Both the position numbers and the translations under genes were made by a program. A DNA stretch of 64,000 nucleotides from Macrostomum lignano (taxonomy: Eukaryota). Position 1 is the stretch's first letter. Every line of letters begins with the position of its first letter. Below the pieces are notes generated by a model. It did no database searches. It was not told the DNA's origin and saw only the letters and a program-made list of their open reading frames with translations. Below are positions 42,224 to 62,970 of the stretch, piece by piece. Where the stretch lies: positions 124,001 through 188,000 of the forward strand of contig NIVC01002018.1 in assembly GCA_002269645.1 (NCBI GenBank). The letters are read 5' to 3'.

Positions 42224-43025
42224 CAAATACTTTATGTTGTGGTTTGACAAAGTTTACGTTTTTTAAAACTAATTGCTCACTGTTGGCAGCTGACCAAAAC
42301 TTACTTTTGGGATACACCTCAGCTCCCTATATGTCTATGCCTATATTTGGGATACACTATGCCTATATGTCTATGGTACTAAATTGACAAACGAGGAGAA
42401 AGAATGGCCATAGACACTTAAACTTCTTGTATGTTACAACACAGAGCCCGGAATTTTCGACATTGACGCCCGGACTTTTCTCACATTATGAGTATAAACA
42501 TTTATTTTTCCTGGGCTTACGCACCCTCAAAATTCTACATTGTTTCCTGCAAAAATAAACGTTAATGTTATATTCGACATGTAAAGCCACTGAATATTAT
42601 AGACACTAAGTGTTCTAAAGACACTGAATATTCTAAAAGGATGAACAAATTCTTCGCAAAATTTTTTTTAATAAGATTGAAGTACGAAGCATATGTAATT
42701 AAGATCCTAAATTTCAAGATCAAGGAGGTTTAATAAAATTGAAGAAATAATTTCATTCCAAATTTACATTAAACATTTGAATTTGTTTGACGTACATGTA
42801 GCTATTTCTTAAAAAGCAGTGGTTTGGGCTACTTACTGCAAAGCAGAAACAAATGGATGAGGTTGCAAGAAAATCTTAACGATTTTTGTGAAAGAGAAAG
42901 AGAGAGAGCAATATTTGGTGGGGTGATTGCAGCGGCCGGGGCGCCCCCGTGTAATAAAAAATTGATAACTTTTTTGTCTCGCCAATTCTTTTTGCTTGGA
43001 TTTTCCAGCATAGCGTCCTTTCACT

Positions 43026-50796
<7,771 letters not shown>

Positions 50797-51284
50797 TATA
50801 ACCAAAAGGTTATTTCAGAGTTGAAGCTTGAGCACAGTGTCACAGCTTTATTTACTCGAGCTGTTTTTGTGGTATTTTTATGGTATTACCAATCGAGCTG
50901 TTGTGACGTAAAGGCAAAATTTACCACTCGAAACCGTCTCAGCACATGCTGCTGTGTATATGCACAACTTTGCCTAGCAGTGTTTGCCTATTTCTACCAA
51001 GTGCTGCTCCGATTTTTTATTCATCTGAGCTGATAACGCGAGCTGTCTGGAAAAAAGCAAGCAAAGGATTTTTCTCTCGCCGCTGATAAAACAGCATTTG
51101 TTATCGGCTGCACTAAGAAACAGACGCCCTAGCTAGCCGAGCAATTTACATGCTGTTGGCATACATGTAACATGAGCTTTAACTGTTCGTCTAAATCGTC
51201 GGGTATCGTAGCTTTTCAAGTAACTTACTGCAACTTTTCTGCCCCCTCCCCAGCAAGGGAGATTAGTACAAATCAGAATGTGTG

Positions 51285-53630
51285 CACTTGACTTACTTGA
51301 CTTAGCTGCAGGGGGCTCCGTGCATCCGGATTCAGCGAGGAGGCGTTGCTGCCCATTCCGTTAACCCCTGGCAACCACGGGCAGCTGGTGCTGCGGTGTC
51401 GTGAAGAGAGATCCGGTGGTGCCGGTGTCCGTAGCGCGGTCCCCCTCTGGAGATTCCAGGAGGTGGAGTGGATGGTCGCTCGCCCGGTAGCCCGGTAGAT
51501 GAGCTGGTAACTTAGATTCTCGGGCCTGAAAATGTCGGAGAGGTCCGGGTTTGGGCCGAGGTAGGTGAGCCTGTCCTGAGTAAAAACGGGGCATTCACAG
51601 ATGAAGTGCTTCGCATTCTCGACACCGGAGAGGCAGAATGGGCATTCCTCGCTACGGATATTTCCCTTTTCGCTACGGACTATGGCCTCTTGCCAGGCTT
51701 TTGGCACGTACCCGAGGGTAATGCTGGCCTTAAAGAGGTTGCAAAGGAGGCTGAGAAACCCATAATTTTTAACTGCATCATGGAGGAAGGCAAGATAAAT
51801 GTTTTCAGGCCCCGGTGACTTGAAGGGGAGAGAAGGATTTTGCGGCGCGAGCCATTCTCTCTCTGGTAATGATAGTCGAAGCCAGGATCAGTCCAGTTGT
51901 CCAGTGGGCCTAGCTGCGGTGCGGTACGTGGGAAAGAGCTGGTAAGCATGATGTCCAGCGATTCCCCGGGGTTCTCAGCGAGTCGGCCATCCGGTCTTTT
52001 AATGACTGAGAGCTTTGAAATTTTGTTGAGGGTGAGAGCCTTGACCACGCGTGAAGTAGGGCGGGTGCCTTCTAACTCCGCGCAGTATTGGCGCCACTTG
52101 GCGTCGGACTTGGCTTTCCTGGTTTCACGCTTAAAGTCGTGAATCGCATCGTGGTAAGCGGCCAGGTCAGCTGGTCCTTGCTCTTGCGAGCTTTCCGTTG
52201 GGGGCACTTCGCATTGCGCCGGAGGGATCCAAGCGCCGGTTTCCACCAAGGGGCAAATTTATTGCCTTCGTAGGCAATTTTTCCGCGAAAGCTGTCCAGT
52301 CAGTGCTCCGGACGTTCTTTTTCCACAGGATGCTAGGCTTGGGACAAGAGGATTGCAACCGAAAACGAAGCGATGGTCAGACAGAGACTCCTCTTCGTCC
52401 CACACCCCCGGTCCTTGACCAGACGAGCCAAACCATGGGAGACGAGGGTTACGTCGAGGGCCTCCGTCCATCGCCCGTTGTCGAAGGTGGGGGTTCCACC
52501 AATATTCCAAAACTCAGTGTTGGTGGTGCAGATGTAAGCAAGGAGTTCCTTACCTCTGCTGTTGGAGATATTACTGCCCCGGTGGGTGTGGTGGGCGTTG
52601 ACGACGCCCGCCACCAGCAGCTCAAACCTACGTTTAGAGCAGTAGTCCACGAGGGAGGTGAGGTTGGGGGGAACCGCGGGGCCATCGCCAGAGATATAAA
52701 TCGAGGCGATGATGGCCGTGCGGTTGGTGATTATGTGGCTGGAATCACACAGAGGTCTCTGTCAGAGAGGTCCGGTCTGTGCCAGGCTTTGAGATGGGTA
52801 GACACGAATATGGCTACTCTGAGGTTTTGGGGGTCCTGCAGACAATCAAAACCAGCAAGAATATTCGGAATCTTACCTTTTTTCGTCGAGGGCTCTTGAA
52901 GCAGGATGATGCCCGGTTTCACAAAGTTTGCCACCTGCATCAGGATGTCCACTCCGGGGATTCCATGAATGGTCCGCGCAGCTTCCTGCCGGCTCAGTGT
53001 GAGTTGCGCAAAAGGGCTGTCTCTTCTGCCTCGCCGATGGCTTCAGCCTCCAGTTCCATGGGCTCCTCCCGGATGGTCTCTATAGTCGAGGGCGGGGCCC
53101 ACCAGGGCGACATTCTCACTCTCGGCCCGGTTTTCCGAGGGGGGGGGGGGGCGCAGTGGTGACACTAGGCTGGGGGTTGCTGCGGTTATTGGCCTTGGCG
53201 GTGTCCAGCAGCTGCTTCTCGCGCTGAGTCAGACCAGAGCGGATAGTGTTCAGACAAAGATTTCTCTATAACTAGAACCTTTTTCTAGAACTTTAGTTCT
53301 AGTTATAGAGCAATCCTTGGTTCAGAGCGGGTTTCCGGCCCTTTTCACGTCCGCCTGTTGCTGCAGCTTTCGCGGCTTTTCCCCTGACGGGGTTCACGTC
53401 CTCGGAGGGGTGTGACGAACGGGAGCTTTTTTTCCAGGTCGTTTCCGCCCTGCATAGCTCCCACTCGCCCACTTACGCTTCTCCGGGGGCGCAAGCTGAA
53501 GGTTTGAATCTGCATCAGCCCGACAGAGATTAAGGACATGTCCGGATAGAGGAGCATCCAGCCATCCAACAGTGTGCGCAGAAGGCCTGACAGAGTATGT
53601 GTAGAGAGCAGACAGAGTGACCACTCCCTA
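51285..53630 (-). mobile_element. Internally deleted non-LTR retrotransposon (R1/LOA-group-like): ORF1 end, APE endonuclease, RT start, C-terminal CCHC finger, tandem tail
   Basis: IILLQEP; NAHH..NSRG..PTF..LDVTL; SPFKSPGPENI..LFKASITLGYVPKAWQEAIV joined directly to CPFCLSGVENAKHFICEC; taagtcaag x2 tail. The 5' boundary is approximate. Confidence 0.82.
53255..53319. mobile_element. 65-bp hairpin mini-insertion
   Basis: About 24-bp imperfect TIRs (gatt.ctctataactagaac); 7-bp direct repeat GTTCAGA at 53248-53254 and 53320-53326. Confidence 0.7.
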
Positions 53631-54533
53631 AGTTATCAAATTTTCTGAACAGGAAACGACTTTAGCCTCAATATCGCATGCGTGCAAGACCATTAGCACG
53701 CAGAATTTTTATGCAAACAACTTCATGATTCGTTAATGAACTCAACTCAGGAAGCTAACTCCCAATAATAATGTAGAATGTTTTAATGAGTTTGGCCACT
53801 GTACGGTACACCCTGCATGAGCGTGTGCATGAGTACAGTATTCGCGCACTTGTATATGTGCTGAGGAGTCAGTCGAATAGGCAGAAGAATTGCCTCAGCG
53901 CTGGTTGTGGGGATATATACATCCCCAGGGTGTCGAGGGTCAGGGTGTCCGCAGCCCTATCCTGAGAATATTTATTCGTTTCCAGTAAGACTGCTTGCTG
54001 CTTGTTTCTGTTTAGGTCATCTTGATAAATCCTTGGAAGTAATGTGGGAGGTCATTCATCTTTTGGCTGGAAGCGATCGAATTGTGACCTTCTGTTTTAT
54101 TTTTAAACGACTTTCTGCAACCCTTTGAGTCACGGAGTAAAACCTAGCTAGTCCTGGCAAACGCATGCTACGCTCGTAGAATGAGGTGATGGTCGCATAG
54201 GTTTGTTTGCATAAATGTAGGCTCTCTGTGCGCATTGTACATGTACGTCGAATGCTAAAGAGACTCGACCGAGTACGTTTTTGTTCAACTTTTTTTCTGC
54301 TACGGTGCTCACCTTTTTTCTGGGCTCTTAATTGCCAGGCTGTACGTACTTTGAGAGCGCGGTGGAAACAATAATGCTGCTACATCGTATAGTCGGGTTT
54401 ACTGGCGTCTGGGAATGTCCTGCCAAGCTTCAGAGCAATTTTGTCAAGCCGTTCATGTGCCCAAAAAAGTATAAAGTTTTTTCAAGCTTCCACCTGCTAC
54501 TGCCTATACAACTCCAACTAACAAAACGCAGAT

Positions 54534-55688
54534 ATGTGCAAAATTACGTGGGCTCAGCTCTTGCTAATTATACTGATTTTTCAATGTCTTACACTCTGTT
54601 TTATTACCCTTCGATCGTGGCGTCCAAGCTCAGATGGCAAGGTGCAACATCACCATACGACTGCGAGTGCAGAAGTTACAGCAGAATCTCCGTACAGTGA
54701 CGACTTCTCCGCCTCATTATCGCGCGTGCTGCAGCAACAGCGATCAAACAGCTGCTTGTACACGTTCAACTCCAGTCTGCAGTTGCCGTTGCTGCGACTT
54801 GACTCCCCGGCCGAACTGGATCAGAAGAATCGAGTCCAGGCCGCAGCAGCCTGGCTGTGCTCGTCTGTTGACGTCGTGTTCGCCGCCTCGGTGCGCAACG
54901 CCATGCGTGGCCTGCCCAGCACGGCCCAGCAGATGCAGCGCCTGGCCCAGAGCTTTCGCAGCGCCGCATTTGTCTTCGTAGAGAACGACAGTTCGGACGG
55001 GACGCGACACTTCCTAGCCAACTGGCGCCGGAACGACTCCCGCGTGCACCTGCTGGGCTGCGGTGGCACGGACGCCCCGTGCCGCATGAACATCAGTTAC
55101 TCCTCCGGCCGCGCGCACCACCAGGGCTGGTCGATGCGGCGCAGTGAAGCGGAGAAAATCGAACGAAGCGTCGTGATGTCCGCCCTGAGGAACATCTACC
55201 TGCGATACATTTACCGGCATTTCTACCAGCCTGATCGAGAGACGCTGCTGATCGTTGTTGATGCAGATATAACCTTCCATGCCTGGGATCTGGACGCTAT
55301 CCTGCAGGGCTTACACTACTTTCGTGACAGACCAACGCTACAGTCCGTGTGCGCCCACACTAGGCACTATATCTACGGCTACGACATGTGTACTCTGGCG
55401 TTTCACCCCGACAAGGTCTTCTCCGAGGCCCCCAAGGAGTCGCCTGTGATTAAGAGCTTCCGCACCAAGTCACCACCGCCTGGCCTCCCTCCCGTGAAGG
55501 TATTCGGCTGCTTCCAGGCCGTCACCGCGTACCGGCTTAGCCACCTTGCCAAGAACCGGATCGAGTACGGACCAGCCCATGGAGAGAGCACCTGCGAGCA
55601 CCTGACACTGTCGAAGCAGCTGACTGAGAACTACCTAGATTTGAACATGAAGCTTTCTGTCTTCAAGCAGAACGAAGGCAACTACTAG
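54534..55688 (+). CDS. Intronless type II membrane GT-A-fold glycosyltransferase-like protein (CAP59/GT69-like motifs)
   Basis: 384-aa ORF; N-terminal TM LLLIILIFQCLTLCFITL; VVFAASVRN, FVFVENDSSDGT, ALRNIYL, IVVDAD (DxD); AATAAA about 50 nt after the stop. Confidence 0.72.
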   Translation: MCKITWAQLLLIILIFQCLTLCFITLRSWRPSSDGKVQHHHTTASAEVTAESPYSDDFSASLSRVLQQQRSNSCLYTFNSSLQLPLLRLDSPAELDQKNRVQAAAAWLCSSVDVVFAASVRNAMRGLPSTAQQMQRLAQSFRSAAFVFVENDSSDGTRHFLANWRRNDSRVHLLGCGGTDAPCRMNISYSSGRAHHQGWSMRRSEAEKIERSVVMSALRNIYLRYIYRHFYQPDRETLLIVVDADITFHAWDLDAILQGLHYFRDRPTLQSVCAHTRHYIYGYDMCTLAFHPDKVFSEAPKESPVIKSFRTKSPPPGLPPVKVFGCFQAVTAYRLSHLAKNRIEYGPAHGESTCEHLTLSKQLTENYLDLNMKLSVFKQNEGNY

Positions 55689-58600
55689 CAGTTGTAATAG
55701 TATATGTAGTACAACGAAGACACGAACTATTAAATAACAATAAAAAAAAAATTTTAATAATCTGCATTGCATGATTTTCTACGAGTAGCTACGATTTTCG
55801 TACGCTCCTTTTATACAATACTTTTATGCAGACGCATGCATATGCAGTGACTTGATTTTTGGTACATGTGTGTACTTCTAACACTTAAAACTGATTACAA
55901 TCACACTGATTAAGACAAATAAAGTATTTCAGGCACCGTGGGATCTTTGCAATTGAGATCTGAAATTGATGCAAAAAAATGCGTGAGCTATACTACGTGT
56001 ATCTATAGGAGGACTCAAGGGGATCAGCTACATACGACCTTTCAAAGGGGAAACAGAGGTCTTATTCACTGGAAAAACCACCTGCGGCGCTAAGCTACAA
56101 TTAAAAATTCGCCTGCAGCGTCAAACTATTACGGTCTGTGGGATAAGATGGGTTTCGGCCTTTTCGGCTTCTTGGAGAGGATGCCTTCGGGCCTCAGGTC
56201 TCAGAAATAAATCAATTAGAGTCCTGGCCCCCACTCCTGTCAGATGGTCAGCCCCATGGTAGCTTGATCTGTGGCGAGCAGTCAGAAGGACAGCGAGAGA
56301 GACAAGCAGGGAAATTTTTGAAGGTAGAGATCAGCTAATCCGCAGATTAACTAACCCGCTGCCACCAGCCCGTGCGTTCTGGCTCACCAAACCGGGACTT
56401 TCGAAATCGGGCTTCCGACTAGAGGGGGCTTTGCACTTACCTGCCAACTAGTGTCTTTTTGCTGTCTATCTCGAAGTCATAGCCGATGATAAGGGACACT
56501 GCTGGGACTTATCGCATTGGCTATACAGGTACAGAGGGGACTTGTGCAGGGGATTCTTGCAGTGGCGAGACTATGGGGTAGCTACATGTACTATTACATT
56601 GCTAAATACGAAGAATTGTACTTTTGGCCTTCAAAGCGCCAACCAGCCTCTCGTAGCGCTGATGATAGACTAACTCGAACTTCGGAGACCGCATGACTCA
56701 CTACCCGAGCCGCTTGGCTAACCTAGAGTGCACAGAGTACATCTCTAGCGCCGATTTTGCACTCTTGGCAATTTTGCTAACTGATTTGATAGTTGATCGA
56801 TTGAGAACTGCCTTGCCATTGGTCCACTGTGACCGGTGCCTATACTAGCTTAGCTACTCATCTGAGCCATCGGCGAACAAAGAAATAAAACCGATAAAAA
56901 TAACTGTCAGATAACCTTCTCACTTCTCACTTCAGATTGAATTGGATTAATGAGATTACTAGCAGTATTATTGAATGATTTCTGCCTCAATAACAGCACT
57001 ACTGAACAAAATGAGCAAAAGTGTGCGCCTAATCCAGCTACTGAAATAGTGGACAGATAAGGAATCACCCAATCAAGCAAGTCTAGGTAGCCTCTCACTC
57101 AACCAATCAGAAACTCAACAGCCGGAGACCAGGTAATCCACAGTGACCGAATCGGCTTAGTGCTTCGCAGCTGGAGGCCCAGGATGTTGGTGTCACCGTC
57201 TTTGCTGATAGCTAGCAGGTGATGATCCTAACCTCGATGATTGATGCCGTCGACCGGGGGGATTTGTCCTTGATGATGAGGGGGTTGTCGCAATCCGGGG
57301 AACAAGAGACGACGGTCGTGACTCCGGAATAGGCCGAGTCACGGGAGTCCAAAGTACAATAGGTTCCGAGGCGCCAAAAGGAGTGAGTCCGAGCGGGCCA
57401 AAAACATCGGTTTATACGAGCCGTATAGACGCCAACTGGACCGCAATTAGTTATAATGTAACACTTCGACGCTGATTGGCGGAGCCGATTTGCTATAACT
57501 GACGTCGAATTTTCTGATTGGCTGAGCTTGTTGCCACCCAAACTCACGTGACCAAAAGATCCTATCAGTTCCCTCGGGGCCATAAAAATACGCCAGGTAC
57601 GTGTCACCATAAATCACTCAAAATCGCTACATAATGATTTACGACTTTTCGCGTAGGAATTACAGAAATAAATGAGAAAATGTGCATTAGAAAGATCTTA
57701 TTAAGCAGAAGGTGAAGATGGTGAAGAGAAATCGCTAATCGCTAATCCCAAAGTACTTTTAGGGGGAAAACGCATAGCTGTCAGAGCTGTCAAACGCTTG
57801 AGTAAACACGAACAATAGGCCCTGACCTCATAAATCTGATGGCCTGTCAAAATAAATGATTGAGAAAAAAGAATTTGAGAAAAAATCCTCTCAGACCATC
57901 TGGCGCCAGCCTCAACACTGAGTGAGGCGCAGGTGTCTGTCAGACAAGCTCACAAGTAATGATTTATGACACCAAAAGTAGCGAAAACCGCCCCTATGTT
58001 ATAATGACCACAGGTATGGCAAAATGAAATAGTAGGCCTAGTTACAAAATCCTACTAGTACGAATTCTAAGAAAATTACATAAAAAGAAGAAAAATGCCC
58101 ATAGCCTGCTGTTAGCAGGCTACCAAGTTCGGAACCCATGTGCGAGCGTGAAATTTGGAAAAAAGTGCGTCCTCATCATGTAGCTCGGAACGAAAAAACC
58201 TCTAAAATTGACAAATACCCCCTCTTTGTCTTTGCTTAATGTAAGGAATTTAACAACACCGAAATTATCGTCTATAAAAAAGCGTGACTTTACAAGAGCG
58301 TAACGCCACAACGCCGAATATGATAGCATCGACTATATGAAGTGAAAATTCACTCTTGTAGTAAATATAGCAATTAATGAGTAATCCCTTCAGTTGTCAA
58401 TTTCTTTGTCCTTCAAAAAATATAATAAGTCAAAAAAATGCTTTGAGTTAAAGTAGAATTTTGTATTTTGCTGTCTAAGCTTTTCTACATGTACGTAGTG
58501 TTACTCCTTGAATTTTTTGTTAAGCTTCGTAGTTTGTACGGAAGTTCCAAGAAAAAAAGCTGGGTGACGGCCATGAGTCGACTAAGTTCGTCTTTTGCAA

Positions 58601-58953
58601 AGCGCAATTTGTAGACCGTACGTAGGCCTAGTTTTAGGGAGTCTTAGGCCTGATTAGTAATTGTAACAGTATATTTTATTTAACAGTGGTTTTTTGTTCA
58701 AATAGTATTCGAAATAAACTATTAATCGACCAGTTCGAAATTTTGAACAGCAATCGAAAAAAGGACTCGCTCGGACAGTATTTCTTTGGTTTGGTAGGCC
58801 TAGGCTTAGGCCTAGTAATGATATGCTTAGGCCTAGTAATAGGCCTATATTAATAATAATAACTGACTAGCTGGCGTATCCACAATGCTGACACATGTCA
58901 AGTGAAGTAGCTGGGGGCCAGGGCAGGGCCAATCACCATATTCAATTTTGTCA

Positions 58954-61900
58954 ATGGATGCATCTTCACTTATTACTCAAGTTAAAAAGCCAGAGTCAGG
59001 CAATGCTGAAGCCAGTGAAGGAAATTTAGACTGTTTAGTAGGCCTAAGTGAAGCCAAATCTAAAAATGAACAAATTACAGATATAAGTGTGCCTGAAAAT
59101 ACAGCTACAGAAATACATTCTAAGAATTTTCCAAATGACTATAGAAAGAGTGACTGCAAGAAAACTAGGCCTAAGAAACAAAAGTCAAATAAAGAATTTT
59201 CTGCTGGTAAGTTTTTTTTTATTCGAATTTAATTTTTTGAGCTTAGGTCTTTTTTGTAACTTGATTTAGGCATTATAAAGCTTAAGCCTTAGTTATTGTT
59301 GAATAAATAGGCCTATAGACCTAGTTAGTTTATAAATATTAATAGGCCTATCACTATAGACCATAGGCATAGGCCATAGATTAAAAGAAACTTAATTAAA
59401 AGTAGTTAAGCCCCTAAAGCTTTAGTCTAAAGACAAAAAAGAAATATTAAAATATAGTCTTATAGTTAGGCCTACCTATTTAGGATTAGGCCTACCTATT
59501 TAGGATTAGGCCTATAGGGCCTAGGCCCTAGTCATTTTGGTGATAAGACATTTTGGTGACAAACAAGTGACAAGTCATTTTGGTAACAACTATTGTGCTT
59601 TCAAGTATAGAATTATATTGCCAATCTTAATTTAATGAAGCCTAAAATTTCATATTACTAAAATGGTAGGCCTAAAGTGTTTATTTGGGATCAAAATGGC
59701 TACACCCATAATGGCCAAAAAATTGCCTTCAAGGATAATACGAGCTCAATTTATTAATCTCCTATGTTTTTAGTGATAATTTTGTATAAATGGTTTTGGA
59801 AAAGTATATGCTTGAAAATTGAACTTTTTTAGAATCTTAACTTCCAAATGTATATATTTTCCAAAATAAATTTATTCTAAAACAACATTTAGAGAATTTT
59901 AATTTTAATTTTAATAAACAGTGTTTATTCTAATTTTCTTAGGCACAACCTTGGGATTCACTTGGCCATTTCTATTGGCAACATACACACGTAAGTCGCT
60001 ATTAGATGAAATAGTAGTCACGTGACTACTCTCAGCCAATAGCGACTTATATCTATGTGTTGCCAAAAAAGGGCCAGGTGATTCCCAAAGTTGCACATGT
60101 ATGAGCAACAGTGCTATGTCAGTTTAGGCTTAGTATTTAAAAAATGCTTACTTAAGGTTTGCTACCTACCCTTCACTTTCCCACTTTTGATTCACTGTCA
60201 TTCTCTTATCGTTGTGACTAAGCTGTACATTCTTAACTTGTTTACCTATACTAATTTCTACTAATCTGCATTGCCTCTATTCTGAAAGTAACTATAACTG
60301 CTGATATGAATTTGTTTTGATAGGATTATAATTTTATCAGGTGTTTGATAACTTGCTAAATTTTTAATTTAAGTTTCATTGAAATTTCCCCTTAGGACAC
60401 CTCCTTCCCCAACCTGTCAGAATTTATCTACCTAATCTTCAATAGACCCCCGTGCCTCTATTGAAGTTTAGGTTCATAAAATCATTCCTCATGAAAATTC
60501 TCCCCACCCATATCATAAACCCCCTATTCCCCATGCCCCATGGGTTGGATTTAAGCTACAAAATTATGATCCTATCAAAACTGCAACTCTTTTATCTACC
60601 TAAAGTTCAAGAAGTCCACTATTTTTGTCATACCACATGGTATGCTTTGCCATTGTATATTTTCAACGTATTCCAACAAGGAAAATCCATGGTATTTGAC
60701 TTTCTAGTTGGTATCTTGACTTTGGACTCCTTAGAATGCTTTTTTCTTCTTTATTACTGTTACTGCTTTATACTCTATTCCTAGTACTGGTCAGTAATGT
60801 GTTTAGTTTGATATTTTTTGTTAATTTAATTTACCAGGCTCGCCCAGCAGCAGCTTTGGCAGCAGGCTTCTAGCCCAGCTATTCTGCTGTTTCGGCCTGG
60901 GTCACGTGCCCGACTATAACTTGGCAAGCAGCGCCGATGAAGAAGTGATTGTGAATCATAGCAAACTGTTGCCAGCTGAAGAGGATGAGGCTGCTGATCC
61001 CCAGTCTAAGTTAGTGAAGCTGGACATCGAAGAGCAGCCCGATGACGATCTGTTTGCATTCTCCGATCTCGGCGGCCTGTTGCCGGCTGAGGTGCCAGAC
61101 TTCAGTGGCAGAATTTGCGCCGTCATCGACTTGGACGAGACTCTGGTGCACAGCTCGTTTCAGGTTGGCGATTGGTCATGCCCGTTTTGGTGACTCACAC
61201 TGGTACATGTCATGAGTCATGTACACTGTGAATCGCAGGGTGCTGACCCGATTTTTAATTAGTCTTAAAATTAATAGATTAATATATAATCTATTATAAG
61301 TGTATATACTTAGCAAAACTACTTTCTACTTTCAGTTCAGTAGCAATGAAGAATACATAAGCTATTTTATGAGAATAAAGGCAGCTGAAATGACTTTGAT
61401 AAGTCTAGAAATCAAGCTTGCAGAGGTAAACAGCTTGCTAGTTATAATGCACATTAGCCTGACTTAAAAAATAAATTAAAATGCTTCAGTTTTTCTTACT
61501 ACTGAACTGAAAGTAGCTTACACGCACTTGTGCTGAGTGGCCCATCTAGTTCTTCTAGTATCTGGGTTAGGCTTAAGGTCTAATTCCATTTCTCCCGCAC
61601 ACCACTCTTTTGGAAACGGATTGGCAGTGCCCAGACGAGCCAGACTTCAGCATCGAAGTGGAAGTGGAAGGCGTGCAGCACCAGATCTACGTGTTGAAGC
61701 GGCCATTTGTCGATGAATTTCTTCATCGAGTCGGTCAGCTGTTCGAGTGCGTCCTGTTCACTGCCAGTATGGGAAAGGTGAGAGAAGTCGAAGGCTTTAA
61801 TTAACTAGATTCCGTTAGCGTGGCTTTAAATTCTACTTATATAAAAGTACATTTTCTACTTTTAGTACGCCGACCCCGTGTGCGACGCTCTGGATCCGAA

Positions 61901-62722
61901 CGGTTCCATTCATCATCGACTGTTTCGCGAGGCCTGCGTTTACCATTGCGACAGCTACGTGAAAGATTTGGCCACTCTGGGCAGGCCCGTTGATCGATGC
62001 TTCATCATGGACAATTCGCCAGCCTCCTACATGTTCAATGTGGACAATGCGGTACGTGAACACGAGAGAATCCTCGTTGAAGGGATTTGTGTAGATGGGG
62101 TTTAGGGGAATCTTGAGTGATTTGCGTTCGAAAATTCCCGTGATTTGCGTAGGTGGGTGTAGATAAGGGAATCCCAACTGATTTGCGTGAGTGTAGGAAA
62201 TCCCAAGTGATTTGTTTAGGGGACGTAGGGGAATCCCAAGTGATTTGTGTAGGTGGGCTGCAGGGGAATCCCAAGTGATTAGTGTAGTGGGGTGTAGGGA
62301 ATTCCCAAGTGATTTGTGTAGGCTGATTGAGGAGAATCCCAAGTGATTTGCGTAGGAGTGTAGGGGAATCCCAAGTGATTTGTGTAGGGAGAGTGTACGG
62401 GAATCCCAAGTGATTTGTGGTGGTGGGATGTAGGGGAATCCCAAGTGATATGTGTAAAGGGGGTGTTTTTTAGGCTAATGCTAAGGGGAACTGCCTTTAA
62501 TTCCTGTGGTCCTGCGTTCCTCCGCAGATCCATGTCAACACCTGGACAGGCGAGCCTGATGACACGGAGCTTCGCGATCTGATTCCGTACTTGGAGCGTC
62601 TGGCCAGTTCCGACTCGGTTGCGGAGTTCTTGCGCAACAATCCTTCGCCAACTGGCGCCCCAGTTTCTATGGCCCAATTTGCTGTTGCCATGCGGATGCA
62701 TTCTTTTTCGAGTGAATCCTAG
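58954..62722 (+). CDS. CTDSP: CTD small phosphatase (SCP/CTDSP family, FCP1-like HAD)
   Basis: Exons 58954-59206, 60838-61163, 61628-61777, 61866-62051 and 62528-62722 join in frame (369 aa). [11 protein letters not shown]-terminus, [40 protein letters not shown]. Confidence 0.92.
62110..62460. repeat. Intronic minisatellite (gtaggggaatcccaagtgatttgt)
   Basis: Degenerate tandem array in CTDSP intron 4. Confidence 0.88.
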
Positions 62723-62779
62723 CTAGTTATATTTCCCGGTTGTGACTTCACGTGTCAGCTCATCTCCATGCTGTACAGG

Positions 62780-62970
62780 GTTTTGGGTGTTACAAAAGTA
62801 CATCAAAATGGTTTGGGGCTCAGCAAAAGTGCATCAAAATGGTTTGGGGCTCTGCAAAAAGTACAAAGTGGTTGATTCGCAGCTAAAGTACATCAAAAGG
62901 GGTTGGGGCTCTGCAAAAAGTACAAAGTGGTTGATTCGCAGCTAAAGTACATCAAAAGGGTTTGAGGCGC
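62780..62970. repeat. Short ~30-bp tandem repeat downstream of the CTDSP stop
   Basis: Recurrent aaagtacatcaaaa...tggggctc units. Confidence 0.75.

Larger units (their letters stand above)
40586..42321 (+). mobile_element. Mariner (D,D34D) transposon, damaged
   Basis: TIR cgaggtgtatcccaaaagtaagttt at both ends, left TA; transposase motifs WVPHLL, TGDETW, HDNA and YSPDLAP. Confidence 0.93.

Noticed and set aside
51325-51370. GCCTCCTCGCTG on the minus strand, identical to the HDV ribozyme P3/L3 core
   Set aside because: The closing GGC of P3 and a consistent P1/P2/P4 order could not be built, so it is treated as LINE 3' UTR
56000-58330. Possible LTR/PBS signals (tggcgcc, tggtgaca) and a 132-aa ORF
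   Set aside because: No paired LTRs and no gag/pol motifs recognised
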